Positions 1 through 9,997 of a stretch of 64,000 bases of DNA are shown piece by piece (positions within the stretch are counted from its first letter, which is position 1; every line of letters starts with the position of its first letter). The notes below the pieces were generated by a model. The model saw nothing but the letters and a program-made list of their open reading frames with translations. It made no database searches and was not told the origin of the DNA. This DNA comes from an uncultured Gemmatimonadales bacterium (lineage in GTDB: Bacteria; Gemmatimonadota; Gemmatimonadetes; Gemmatimonadales; GWC2-71-9), in assembly GCA_963748815.1 (NCBI GenBank), contig CAVVKJ010000019.1, positions 32,001 to 96,000 of the forward strand. Reading direction: 5' to 3'. Position numbers and translations under genes: made by a program.

Positions 1-711
1 CACACGTTCTCGCTCAACCGGACGATGATCCTGGCATAGGGACTCTGCAAGAACGACGGTACCGAATCCACCAGCGTCGGTCCCGGAAGGAGTTGCCATT
101 CGGCGATCATGCCGGCGCTGTCGCGGAGGATGTAGCGGCTCGAGTCGAAGGTGACTCCAACCGCACGTAGACTCCACACATCGACAGGCTTGACCCCCGG
201 CATCGGGATGACACGCTGCTGCTCAAGGGCGACGAGCCCGGTCTCACCGGCGAGAGGTTGGGGGTAGACCCCGGCCACGCCGAATGGGCCACCCGTGGAC
301 CTGGAATAGTACGGGATTTCCGAACACTGCTGGACTCGTTATCCAATACTCCCGAAACCCCACAATCCCCACCGAATCGACCAGGTAGCTCGTCGCCCCG
401 TCGATCACCTCGATGGCCGCTGGTTGTGTGGAAATCGATGGGAGGGTCGCCGAGAGGGTGCTGTCGTCGACACGCGTGACGACCATTTCGATGCCGGCCG
501 CCGTCACCGGCGGCAGCGAATCGAGCTCGTCGAAGAACTGCGAGCGAATCAGGATCGCTCCACCGGCCCACTGCGCCGTCGGTGACACGCCAAAGGTGGG
601 CGGCACCGCAGTCGGCTCCGAGGAGTCGCTGCAGGCGGCCAGGAGCAGGAGAAGGAGAAGGACCAAGCGGGGTGGAGGCGCATCAACACCCCTCGAACGT
701 GGGAGACTCAA
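1..711 (-). CDS. Putative lipoprotein, partial (runs off window start; probable frameshift near 290)
   Basis: ORF 244..711 has a hydrophobic signal ending in lipobox LAAC; coding-like sequence continues in another frame toward base 1. Confidence 0.55.
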
Positions 712-845
712 GCCACGTTACGGCAGGATCTTCAGGCCGTCAATGGCGTCTCGGGCGGCCCCGCTCACCCCATGGAGTGCGGCGGTGGGCACACGGAGCG
801 GCGTGGCCGATGTGACCACCGCAACGCGAACGCCAAAACGGGGGG

Positions 846-2843
846 TTAGGTCGTGGATTCCCGGACCCGGATAGGAAGCGCCACGACCGTCTTGCCCGCC
901 CATTGCAGCCGCCGCTGGATGGCCATCGCCGTCTCGTTGTGAAGGATCCGCTGCCACCAGCGGTCCTTCTGGAAGATCATTCTCCCGGTGAAGAACGTGG
1001 TGCGAGGGAACTCTCGGGCAACCTCGAGGCACAGTCGCTCCGCCTCGGCGACGATCTCCGTCCCGATCGCCATCCTCGACGTGGCCGGCACACCCAGATG
1101 GCGGGCGAGCGCAATGTATTTGTCGAGCATCTCCTCTGTCCGCGCCCGAAGGTCGTCGACCGCGTGTTCCCCCTTGAACTCTCCCGAATCCACGACACCC
1201 ACGCTCAGGAAGACGACATTGCCAAAGTGTCCTGGAAAGGACCGGAAGACGTTCAGGACCGTGTGAATCCCCACACCGTCGTAGGACGGCACCAGGACGG
1301 CCGCCGTGGGCCGGGCGGGGTCGACCGCTGTTGGTGAGCTCGCCTCCTCCGACCGCTGCCCTGGCAGGTCGCCCAGTTCGTCGTAGAGGGCGCGCACCCC
1401 CGCCGCCGCCCGGCGATAGTGGGCCCGGATCCGGAAGCAGCATCCAATGACGAGGGCGGTGATCCCCATCGTGACCCAGCCACCTTCGGCGAACTTCTCG
1501 TAGAGGGTGACGCCGAGGATGGTGGCGCAGAGGAGGAACGCCGATGCGAAGAGCGCCAGCCGGCGCTTCCAGAAGGGCCGTACCCGTCGATGCTGTATCC
1601 AGAACCGGAGCATCGCGAACATCGAGAGCGAAAACGTCACGAACACGTTGATGCTGTACATCACCACCAGGTGCCCGACATCCCCGCCCGTGTAGACCAG
1701 GGCCGCGCAGCCCGCCCCCGCCATGAGGAGGATGCCGTTCCGTGTGGTCAGCCGCTCGGAGAGCGCCGCAAACCGGTGGGGGACCCACGAATCCACCGCC
1801 ATGTTGGCCAGGACCCGGGGGCCGTCGATGAACCCGGCCTGCGCCGCAACGACCAGGAGCGTCGCCTCCGAGAGCAGGAAGAGCACCACGAAGGTGCCGC
1901 CGAGGGGCAATCCCCCTGCGAGACGCTCGACGAGGACGGCGTTCATGGTCTTCCCCTCGACCGGCGTGAGTTGCCAGAGCAGGTAGCAGAGGAGGAGCCC
2001 GGAGGCGGTGAGGGCGAGTGAGGTGCCCATGTACACCATGGTGCGCTTCCCGGTGGCGGCCTTCGGCTCCCGCATGATGGGAAGTCCATTGGACACCGCT
2101 TCGATGCCGGTGTAGGTCCCTCCGCCCAGCGAATAGGCCCGCAGGAAGAGCACGAGGAGACCCGAGAGTCCGAGGGTGGACAATCCCTGCTGATAGCCGG
2201 TACGGAGTGCCGCCGACGTCTGTTCCAGTCGTGGCGCGGACGCCGCCAGCCCCGCCCCGATGATGAGGGCATGGGTCACCAGGAACAGGAGGAAGACCGG
2301 GAGCAGGGTCAGCACCGACTCGCGGACGCCCCGAATATTGAGCACCGTCAAGAGGAGCAGCAGCCCGAACTCGACGGGGAGTTTTGCGGCGAGCCAGGCC
2401 GAAGGCAGGAAGCTGAAGAGGGCGTCCCCCGCCGCCGCGATGGAGATCGTGATGGTCAGGACGTAGTCGACGAGGAGCGCCGAACCCGAGATCACGCCCG
2501 CCTCGGCGCCGAGCAGCTTGGTCGCCACGACGTACCCGCCGCCGCCGGTCGGGAATTCCTCGATGATCCGTCGATACGCGGCTGCGATGAGCAGTACCGT
2601 CGCCGCCATCAGGACGGCGAGCGGCAGGGCGAGGTAGGGGTGCGCACCGAGCTGCCGAAACGCCTCCTCGGGCCCATAGGCCGACGACGACAGTCCATCG
2701 GCCCCGAGCCCGACCCAGGCCAGGAACGGGACCAACGAGAGTCGGTGGAAGAGGCGGTGATCGTGGAGATCGCGCGGCTTCCCGAACACCACCTGTTTCA
2801 GCCGGCGCACGCCGAAGCGGCGCGGCTCCTGCACAGTCGACAC
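846..2843 (-). CDS. APC-superfamily permease, KimA/YdaO-like K+ transporter
   Basis: GADGLSSSAYGPEE and TGIEAVSNG motifs, many TM segments, soluble C-terminal domain; divergent from kdpDE; start chosen at GTG 2843 after AGGGG. Confidence 0.75.
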   Translation of the reverse strand: MSTVQEPRRFGVRRLKQVVFGKPRDLHDHRLFHRLSLVPFLAWVGLGADGLSSSAYGPEEAFRQLGAHPYLALPLAVLMAATVLLIAAAYRRIIEEFPTGGGGYVVATKLLGAEAGVISGSALLVDYVLTITISIAAAGDALFSFLPSAWLAAKLPVEFGLLLLLTVLNIRGVRESVLTLLPVFLLFLVTHALIIGAGLAASAPRLEQTSAALRTGYQQGLSTLGLSGLLVLFLRAYSLGGGTYTGIEAVSNGLPIMREPKAATGKRTMVYMGTSLALTASGLLLCYLLWQLTPVEGKTMNAVLVERLAGGLPLGGTFVVLFLLSEATLLVVAAQAGFIDGPRVLANMAVDSWVPHRFAALSERLTTRNGILLMAGAGCAALVYTGGDVGHLVVMYSINVFVTFSLSMFAMLRFWIQHRRVRPFWKRRLALFASAFLLCATILGVTLYEKFAEGGWVTMGITALVIGCCFRIRAHYRRAAAGVRALYDELGDLPGQRSEEASSPTAVDPARPTAAVLVPSYDGVGIHTVLNVFRSFPGHFGNVVFLSVGVVDSGEFKGEHAVDDLRARTEEMLDKYIALARHLGVPATSRMAIGTEIVAEAERLCLEVAREFPRTTFFTGRMIFQKDRWWQRILHNETAMAIQRRLQWAGKTVVALPIRVRESTT

Positions 2844-2914
2844 CAGCAGACCCCTGGAGAGTTTGGTGGCCCGAATACTGGCTCGCGGACGACCCGCCGC
2901 CAGCCCCGTCCCAA

Positions 2915-2933
2915 AATCCTGATACAATCTTGA
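2915..2933. promoter_or_regulatory. 11-bp-period direct repeat (AATCCTGA/AATCTTGA), candidate KdpE site
   Basis: Tandem half-sites at 2915-2922 and 2926-2933 between the transporter and kdpD; spacing typical of OmpR-family sites. Confidence 0.4.
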
Positions 2934-2959
2934 GGCGCCGATCACGTAGGTTTGACCCC

Positions 2960-4495
2960 ATGGCGAACACTCCACGCACCGAGTACGCGCTGGCTACCGG
3001 CATCGTCGCCCTGACGACGGCCGCGGGGTTCGTCCTTCGCGCGCAGCTCAACCCGACCGACGTCGCGATGGGGTTCCTGCTCGCGGTCGTACTGGTCGCG
3101 TCGCGGTGCGCCCGCGGACCGGCGGTGCTGGCCTCGGTGCTCAGCATCGCCATTTTCGATTTCGCGTTCGTCCCGCCCTACTACACCTTCAGCGTACACG
3201 ATACCTCCTACATCCTGACCTTCGGCGTGATGCTGGTGGTGGCGCTGGTGATGAGCGGGTTGGTGGCGCAAATTCGCGAACAGGCGGCGGAGGCCCGGGC
3301 CCGGGAGAACATGACAGCCGCCATGTACCTCCTGAGCAAAGACCTCGCAGATGCCACATCCCGAAGTGATGTAATCAACGTCACGGAGTCGCACCTCCGG
3401 CGCCTGGTGGCGGGCACCCCGATCATTGTGCTGCAACGAGAAGGCGCCGCTCCCTCCAGCGCGCTCCATCTCCCTTCCATCGAGCCGTTCGCCAGCCTGG
3501 AGGTGCGAGTGGCCGTGGAATGGGCGTTTGAACGAGGGGATTCCGCCGGACACGGGACGGCGCATTGCGCTGAGGCGGGCGCGCTGGCCGTTCCATTGCG
3601 GACAACGACCGGGACCATGGGTGTGGTGGCCGTGGTGGCGGGTGCGCACGACGAAGTCCCGACGCCGGCAGCGCGCGCCACGGTCGAGGCGCTGGCGGCC
3701 CTGGCGGCCACGGCGCTGGAGCGCACGGGGCTGGCCGAGCAGCACAAAGTCGCGCGCGCCGAGGTCGAGGCGGAACGGCTCCGCACCTCCCTGCTGAGCT
3801 CGTTGTCCCACGACCTGCGTACGCCGCTGAGCAGCATTGAGGGCGCCGCCAGCAGTCTCTTCGAGGATCGCGGCGCGTTGCCGGCCGAACTTCGGCGGGA
3901 TCTGGCGGAGTCGATCCTCGAGGAGTCGCAGCGGATGTCGCGCCTGGTGGTGAACCTCCTGGACATGATCCGGGTCGAGACGGGCGCGCTCGCGGTCAAG
4001 AAGGCGTGGCAGCCGCTCGAGGAAGTGCTGGGGGTCGTCCTCATCCGGATGGAGGATCGGCTGAAGAGCCACCCGGTCGAGGCTCGGCTCCCGGAGGACC
4101 TCCCGCTGGTCCCGGTCGATGAGCTGCTGCTGGAACAGGTCTTCGCCAACCTCCTGGAGAACGCCGCCCGGCATACACCGCCCGGGACACCGATCACGAT
4201 CCGGGCCTGGCCCGAGGCCGGTGCGGTGGTGGTGGAGGTGGCCGACCACGGCCCCGGCGTTCCGCCGGGGGAGGAGGAGAACATCTTCCAGAAGTTCTAT
4301 CGCGGCGCGTCGACGACAGCGCTGCCCGGCAGCAGCACCGGCCTCGGGCTCACGATCTGTCGGGGAATCGTCGCGGTACACGGCGGGCGCATCTGGGTCG
4401 AATCGCGGGCCGGAGGGGGGGCGGCGTTTCGCTTCACCCTCACCCTTGACGGCCCGCCGATGGAGGCGCTGCCGGTCGAGCAGGTCAGCGGCTGA
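2960..4495 (+). CDS. kdpD: KdpD-like sensor histidine kinase (DUF4118-GAF-HisKA-HATPase), lacking N-terminal KdpD/USP domains
   Basis: FDFAFVPPYYTF, ERLRTSLLSSLSHDLRTPL, NLLENA, GLGLTIC; upstream of kdpE. Confidence 0.85.
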   Translation: MANTPRTEYALATGIVALTTAAGFVLRAQLNPTDVAMGFLLAVVLVASRCARGPAVLASVLSIAIFDFAFVPPYYTFSVHDTSYILTFGVMLVVALVMSGLVAQIREQAAEARARENMTAAMYLLSKDLADATSRSDVINVTESHLRRLVAGTPIIVLQREGAAPSSALHLPSIEPFASLEVRVAVEWAFERGDSAGHGTAHCAEAGALAVPLRTTTGTMGVVAVVAGAHDEVPTPAARATVEALAALAATALERTGLAEQHKVARAEVEAERLRTSLLSSLSHDLRTPLSSIEGAASSLFEDRGALPAELRRDLAESILEESQRMSRLVVNLLDMIRVETGALAVKKAWQPLEEVLGVVLIRMEDRLKSHPVEARLPEDLPLVPVDELLLEQVFANLLENAARHTPPGTPITIRAWPEAGAVVVEVADHGPGVPPGEEENIFQKFYRGASTTALPGSSTGLGLTICRGIVAVHGGRIWVESRAGGGAAFRFTLTLDGPPMEALPVEQVSG

Positions 4496-4503
4496 GGACG
4501 ATC

Positions 4504-5211
4504 ATGGCCAACCCTGCACCGCTGGTCCTGCTCATCGAGGATGAGCCGCACATGCGGCGGTTCCTGCGCGCGGCCCTGCGAGGCCGCGGCTACCAGGTCG
4601 TCGAGGCGGCGACGGCGCGCGAGGGGCTGATGCAGGCGGCCGGCCGGAATCCCGATGTCATCCTCCTCGACCTCGGCCTTCCGGATCAGGACGGCCTGGA
4701 GGTGACTCGCACAATCCGCCTCACAGCCGCGACCCCGATCATCGTCATCTCCGCGCGGGGACTGGAGCAGGATAAGGTGGCCGCGCTCGATCTCGGCGCG
4801 GACGACTACCTCACGAAACCTTTCAGTGAGCCCGAGCTGCTTGCCCGCATTCGCGCCGCGTTGCGGCGCCTCGCGCGACCGGCCAGCGGGGCGGCCAGCG
4901 AGACGTTCGAGTCAGGAGAATTGCGGGTCGACCTGCTCCGACGGGTGGTGCACCGGGGCGGCCGAGAGGTGCACCTCACGCCCACGGAGTTTCGGCTCCT
5001 CGCCACCCTGGTCCGGAATGCCGGCCAGGTCGTCACCCACCGCCGACTGCTGCAGGAAGTTTGGGGCGCCAACTACCAGGAGCACACACACTATCTCCGA
5101 GTCTACATGGCGCAGCTCCGCCACAAACTGGAGCGGGATCCGAATCGGCCACGGTTGCTTGCCACGGAACCGGGGGTGGGATATCGACTGCGTGAGGCGA
5201 CGGGGGACTAG
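4504..5211 (+). CDS. kdpE: KdpE response regulator (OmpR family)
   Basis: LLDLGLPD, GADDYLTKPF, HYLRVYMAQLRHKLE, TEPGVGYR. Confidence 0.9.
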   Translation: MANPAPLVLLIEDEPHMRRFLRAALRGRGYQVVEAATAREGLMQAAGRNPDVILLDLGLPDQDGLEVTRTIRLTAATPIIVISARGLEQDKVAALDLGADDYLTKPFSEPELLARIRAALRRLARPASGAASETFESGELRVDLLRRVVHRGGREVHLTPTEFRLLATLVRNAGQVVTHRRLLQEVWGANYQEHTHYLRVYMAQLRHKLERDPNRPRLLATEPGVGYRLREATGD

Positions 5212-5244
5212 CAACGGGGCAACGGGGCCGACGGTAGCGGGCGT

Positions 5245-5287
5245 CCCCCCTCTCCATATCATGGACCCCGGCTTTCGCCGGGGTGAC
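5245..5287. repeat. Chimeric REP-like palindrome (family B half joined to family A)
   Basis: CCCCCCTCTCCATATCA-TGGA-CCCCGGCTTTCGCCGGGGTGAC. Confidence 0.7.
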
Positions 5288-5315
5288 GGCCTCGTCCGCC
5301 CGCGCATGGAGACGC

Positions 5316-5344
5316 AAAAAGGGGTGGGCGTGAGCCCACCCCTT
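5316..5344 (-). terminator. Rho-independent terminator of tRNA-Phe
   Basis: Minus strand GGGGTGGGC-TCAC-GCCCACCCC followed by TTTTT. Confidence 0.85.
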
Positions 5345-5346
5345 CA

Positions 5347-5419
<73 letters not shown>

Positions 5420-5431
5420 TCAAGCGGCGGG

Positions 5432-5460
5432 AATATAAGGACTTGGGGTACCAATGCCAA
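5432..5460 (-). promoter_or_regulatory. Sigma70-type promoter of tRNA-Phe
   Basis: TTGGCA-17 bp-TATATT followed by GC-rich discriminator CCCGCCGC. Confidence 0.7.
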
Positions 5461-5506
5461 GCTGACCACCCCTCCCTGCCCGCCCCTTCCCTACCTATAA
5501 TCCCGA

Positions 5507-6899
5507 ATGCCCCTCTGGACCGATATCGCAGCCGAAATCGCCGACTTCCGCCGCCGGATCCGGGATCTCCCCGTCATCCCCGACGCGACCCCCGCGACGC
5601 TCCGCGCCGAGCTCGAGCCGCGGTACAGGTTCGACCGGCCGATCGACCTGGAGACCCTGACCGCCGACGTGATGCGACTCCTCCGGACCCAGCAGGTCCA
5701 CGTCACCCACCCGCGGTACTTCGGCCTCTTCAACCCGCAGGTGCGCGAGGCCGGCATCGTGGCCGACACCCTCGCCGCGCTCTACAACGCCCAGCTCGCC
5801 GTCTGGAGCCACAGCCCCGCCGCCAATGAGATGGAACGGCTGGCGCTCCGCGCCCTGGCCACCCGGATCGGCTACGATCCGAACGGCATGCTGGCCCAGT
5901 TCACCTCCGGCGGCGCCGAGGCCAACCTCTGCTCCGCGCTCTGCGCCCTGGCCTCCCGGTTCCCGACCTGGGCCGAGTCGGGCGTCGCCGCCCTCGGCAC
6001 CCGGCCCGGCCATCTACGTCTCGGGAGAGAGCCACCACTCCTTCGTCAAGATCGCCAAGATGACCGGACTCGGCACCGCGAGTGTGCGCGAGGCACCGGT
6101 GCGCGCCGACCTGAAGCTCGACGCCGTGGCCCTCGAGCGGTTGATCGAAGCCGACCGGGTGGCCGGGTGGAGCCCCCTCCTTATCGTGGGGACGGCCGGC
6201 ACCACCGCCGCCGGCATCGTTGATCCGTTGCCGGAACTTGCGGAGGTGGCCAGACGCACCGGTGCCTGGTTCCACGCCGATGCCGCCTGGGGCGGCGGGG
6301 CGCTGATGTCCGACAATCTGCGGCCGCATCTCGACGGCATCGCGCTGGCCGACTCCGTCACCTGGGACGCACACAAATGGCTGAGCGTGCCGATGGGCGG
6401 CGGCATGTTCTTCTGCCGCCACCCGGAAGCGGTGAAACAGGCCTTTGCCGCCGTCCACACCTACATGCCCGTCCCGACCGGCGACACGGTGGACAACTTC
6501 CAGACCACCCCGCAATGGAGCCGCCGCGCCACCGGCCTCAAGGTGTTCATGTCGCTGGCAGAACTGGGCATCGAGGGCTACGGCAAGCTGGTGGACCACC
6601 AGGCGGCAATGGGGAGGCTCCTCCGCGAGAAGCTCACCGCGGCAGGCTGGCTGCTCGTCACCGACTCCCCGCTCCCGACCGTCTGCTTCAGCCACCCCGA
6701 CATCGAGTCGGGCCGGATATCGATCGACGAGGTCATCGGTCGAGTGTATGCCAACCGGCAGACCTGGATCAGCCCGGTCATACTCGGCGGGGAGCGCCGG
6801 CGGGCGCTCAGGGCGTGCATTACCAGCTATGAGACGGACGAACGGGATCTTGACGCGTTAGTGAACGAATTGATTCGCGCCCTTCGCGCCTTCGCGTGA
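5507..6899 (+). CDS. Group II PLP-dependent decarboxylase (frameshift near 6005)
   Basis: HPRYFGLF, TSGGAEAN, GTAGTT, HADAAWGG, DAHKW motifs split across ORFs 5507..6223 and 5826..6899. Confidence 0.85.
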
Positions 6900-6907
6900 A
6901 CCAACTC

Positions 6908-6933
6908 TGGACCCCGGCTTTCGCCGGGGTGAC
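6908..6933. repeat. REP-like palindrome family A (TGGACCCCGGC-TTTC-GCCGGGGTGAC)
   Basis: Copies also at 5262, 7766, 7805, 7921 and 61197. Confidence 0.8.
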
Positions 6934-6958
6934 GATCGGTGTCAGGATGTAGCTTCGG

Positions 6959-6994
6959 CCCTCAGCCCTCAGTCCCCAGCCCCCAGTCCTCAGT
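6959..6994. repeat. Heptamer tandem repeat (CTCAGYC-like), family E
   Basis: Reverse-oriented related tract at 18531-18563. Confidence 0.55.
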
Positions 6995-7031
6995 CCTTCT
7001 CTCCTCCGCTTTCTGACCCTACATTCCACTG

Positions 7032-7667
7032 ATGGGCTCCCCCTCCCTGACCGTCGCTTCCCACCCGCTGATCCAGCACAAGATGGCGCTGCTCCGCGGC
7101 GTCGAGACGCCCACCAGGGAGTTCCGCCAGCTGGTCGGGGAGATCGCCACCCTCCTGGCCTACGAGGCGACCCGGACCCTCGAGACCGAGCCGATCGCCG
7201 TGCGCACGCCGCTCGAGATGATGGAGGGCCACCGCCTCCCCGGCGACCGGATCGTGCTCGTCCCGATCCTCCGTGCCGGCCTCGGCATGGTGGATGCCGT
7301 CGCCGCCCTCTTCCCCAACGCCGGCGTCGGCCACATCGGTCTCTACCGCAACGAAGAGACGCTCGAGCCGGTCAGCTACTACTTCAAGATCCCGCCCCTC
7401 GGCGCGGACAAGGTCTACCTCGTGCTCGATCCGATGCTCGCGACCGGCGGCAGCGCCTCCGCGGCGATCGCCAAGCTGAAGGAATCGGGCGCGCGGCACC
7501 TCCGGCTCATTTCCCTGGTGGCCGCACCCGCAGGAGTTGACCGGATGAAGAAGGACCACCCCGACGTTCCGGTCTTCGTCGCCGCGCTCGACCGCGAACT
7601 CAACGACCACGGATACATCCTGCCCGGCCTCGGCGATGCTGGAGACAGGCTCTTCGGAACGACCTGA
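7032..7667 (+). CDS. upp: Uracil phosphoribosyltransferase
   Basis: HPLIQHK, PILRAGLGM, DPMLATGGS, YILPGLGDAGDRLFGT. Confidence 0.97.
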   Translation: MGSPSLTVASHPLIQHKMALLRGVETPTREFRQLVGEIATLLAYEATRTLETEPIAVRTPLEMMEGHRLPGDRIVLVPILRAGLGMVDAVAALFPNAGVGHIGLYRNEETLEPVSYYFKIPPLGADKVYLVLDPMLATGGSASAAIAKLKESGARHLRLISLVAAPAGVDRMKKDHPDVPVFVAALDRELNDHGYILPGLGDAGDRLFGTT

Positions 7668-7674
7668 CCGGGCG

Positions 7675-8002
7675 TTCCCCCTCTCCATATCATGGAGAGG
7701 GGGACAGGGGGTGAGGTGGAGAGCTGGCGGGGCAGGTGGGCCGGGAGGCCGGACCTGAAGTCTGTGTCATTCCCGCGCAAGCGGGAATCCAGTTGCATCT
7801 TCACTGGACCCCGGCGACCCTGCCCCGGCGAAAGCCGGGGGCCGGGGTGACGGCGCGCGCGTCGCTTTAGCGACATCAGCCGAGCCGCGGCTTCCGCCGC
7901 GAGTTCGCGCGGGAACAACCTGGACCCCCGCTTTCGCGGGGGTGACGACCTTCCATTGGAGTTCATGGTGCCTTTCACTTCCCCGCTTCCCCGCTTCCCC
8001 GC
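7675..8002. repeat. Mosaic repeat cluster (family B hairpin, three family A palindromes including a nested one, CTTCCCCG tandem)
   Basis: 7675-7716 CCCCTCTCC..GGAGAGGGG..GGGGTGAGG; 7766-7791; 7805-7851; 7921-7946; 7978-8002. Confidence 0.8.
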
Positions 8003-8011
8003 CTCGCACTC

Positions 8012-9397
8012 GTGCGAATAACCTTCCACGGCGCCGCCGGCGGCCAGGTCACCGGCTCGATGCACCTCCTCGAGGCGGCGGGCGCGCGTGTGCTCCTCGA
8101 TGCGGGCCTCTTCCAGGGGCGCCGGTCCGAGACGCGCGAGCTGAACGCCAAGCTCCCCTTCGATGCGCGCCTCATCGATGCGGTGGTGGTGAGCCACGCG
8201 CACATCGACCACACCGGCCGCCTCCCCCTGCTGGTCAAGGAGGGGTACCACAACCCGATCATCGCCACGCCGGCCACCCGCGACCTCTCCGCCGTCATGC
8301 TCCCCGACTCGGCGCACATCCAGGAAAGCGATTTCGACTTCCTCAAGCGGCACGACCGCGTCGGCCCCGAGGCGGAGCCGCTCTATAACATGGCCGACGC
8401 CGTCGCCGTGCAGGATCTCATCGAGGCCGTCCCCTACAATCGGCCGCACCACATCCGCAAGCATCTTGTGACCACCTTCATGGACGCCGGCCACATCCTC
8501 GGCTCGGCGTCGGTGGACATCCGGATTACCGAGGGGACGGGCCACCGGCTCGTTTTCTCGGGCGACATCGGCCGGAACGACCTCCCCATCATCCGTGATC
8601 CGGTGCCGCCCTCGGGCGCGATCGACACGCTGATCATCGAGAGCACCTACGGCAACCGCGACCACGAGTCGGTGGCCGGGGCGGAGGAACGCCTCGGCGA
8701 GATCGTGCGGCGGGTCGCCGGCCGCGGGGGCAAGGTCCTGATTCCTTCCTTCGCGGTGGGTCGCACGCAGGAACTGGTCTATGCCCTCCACGCGCTCTGG
8801 CTGACCGGCAAGATCCCCGGGATTCCCATCTACATCGACAGCCCGCTGGCGGTGAACGCCACCGAGGTGTTCCGACTGCACCCGGAAATCTTCGATCAGC
8901 GCGAGCAACTCATCGAGCGCGCCAAGGCCCTCTTCGATTTCCAGCTCGTCACGTATGTCCGCGACGTCGGGGAGTCGAAGGCGCTCAACACCCTGAACGG
9001 CCCCGCCGTCATCATCGCCGCCAGCGGCATGGCCGAGGCCGGCCGGATCCTCCACCACCTGAAGAACGGGATCGGCAGCCACAAGAATGTCGTCCTTTTT
9101 GTTGGCTTCCAGGGGGAGCACACCCTCGGCCGCCGAATCCAGGAGGGCGCACGCGAGGTGAGGATCTTCGGTGACATGTATCCGGTGGCCGCCGAGGTCG
9201 AGACCATCGGCGGCTACTCGGCCCACGCCGACCGGGGTGAACTCCGCCAGTGGGTGCGGAAGATCGGCGGCCCCGTCAAGCGGGCCTTCGTGGTCCACGG
9301 CGAGACGCCCGCGCGCGAGGCGATGGGGAAGATTCTCAAGGAGGAAGGGGTCCAGGAGGTCGTGCTGCCGGCGCTCGGAGAGGGGTTCGACCTCTAG
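8012..9397 (+). CDS. MBL-fold metallo-hydrolase, beta-CASP RNA-processing family
   Basis: SHAHIDHTG, AGHILGS, FSGDIG, ESTYG, YSAHAD, VHGE. Confidence 0.92.
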   Translation: MRITFHGAAGGQVTGSMHLLEAAGARVLLDAGLFQGRRSETRELNAKLPFDARLIDAVVVSHAHIDHTGRLPLLVKEGYHNPIIATPATRDLSAVMLPDSAHIQESDFDFLKRHDRVGPEAEPLYNMADAVAVQDLIEAVPYNRPHHIRKHLVTTFMDAGHILGSASVDIRITEGTGHRLVFSGDIGRNDLPIIRDPVPPSGAIDTLIIESTYGNRDHESVAGAEERLGEIVRRVAGRGGKVLIPSFAVGRTQELVYALHALWLTGKIPGIPIYIDSPLAVNATEVFRLHPEIFDQREQLIERAKALFDFQLVTYVRDVGESKALNTLNGPAVIIAASGMAEAGRILHHLKNGIGSHKNVVLFVGFQGEHTLGRRIQEGAREVRIFGDMYPVAAEVETIGGYSAHADRGELRQWVRKIGGPVKRAFVVHGETPAREAMGKILKEEGVQEVVLPALGEGFDL

Positions 9398-9982
9398 GTG
9401 AAATGGCTCAAGACGGTCCTCGGGTTCGGCCTCCTCTTCGTCGTCGTGGGCTACCTGGTGGCGTTCTTCTCCGTCCTGGCGGTGAGCCGGCAGGACCAGG
9501 CGCGCCCCGTTCCCGCCATCGTCGTGCTCGGCGCCGCCCAGTACAACGGCAAACCGAGCCCGGTCCTCAAGGCTCGGCTCGACCACGCGGCCCAACTCTA
9601 CGCCGACAGCATCGCCCCCATCATCGTGCTGACCGGCGGGGTGGCCACCGGCGACAAGATCAGCGAAGCCGAGGCCGCGGCGGTCTACCTGGCCGGCTCG
9701 GTGCCACCCCCCGTCCTGGTCGTGCTCCCCACCGGGCGCACCACCGACGCGTCGATCGTGGCCGCCGCCGAGTGGTGCCGGGGCTATGGCATTACGGAGG
9801 TCGTGGTGGTGAGCGATCCCTTCCACATGCTGCGCGTTCGGCTCGAAGCGCGGCGGCAGGGGCTCACCGCCTGGACCAGCCCCACGCGCACCAGTCCCAT
9901 CTCCGCCCGGGTGGGGCGCGAGTTCCCCTACCTGGTGGCCGAAGCGGCCAAGGTGCTCGTCGCCGGGAGTCGCGGCTGGTAG
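9398..9982 (+). CDS. YdcF/DUF218 family protein
   Basis: IVVLGAAQY..PSPVLKARLD, TGG, SEA, VSDPFHMLR. Confidence 0.85.
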   Translation: MKWLKTVLGFGLLFVVVGYLVAFFSVLAVSRQDQARPVPAIVVLGAAQYNGKPSPVLKARLDHAAQLYADSIAPIIVLTGGVATGDKISEAEAAAVYLAGSVPPPVLVVLPTGRTTDASIVAAAEWCRGYGITEVVVVSDPFHMLRVRLEARRQGLTAWTSPTRTSPISARVGREFPYLVAEAAKVLVAGSRGW

Positions 9983-9997
9983 CGGTGCCGGGGCGGC

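Noticed and set aside
718..3153. 811-aa ORF and other long overlapping ORFs (e.g. 7415..9826, 50614..52314, 53829..55574, 61581..62984)
   Set aside because: Alternate-frame or antisense shadows of real genes in GC-rich DNA; low-complexity R/G/P-rich translations without motifs
5826..6223. Programmed frameshift in the decarboxylase
   Set aside because: No slippery heptamer seen, and similar breaks are common across the window
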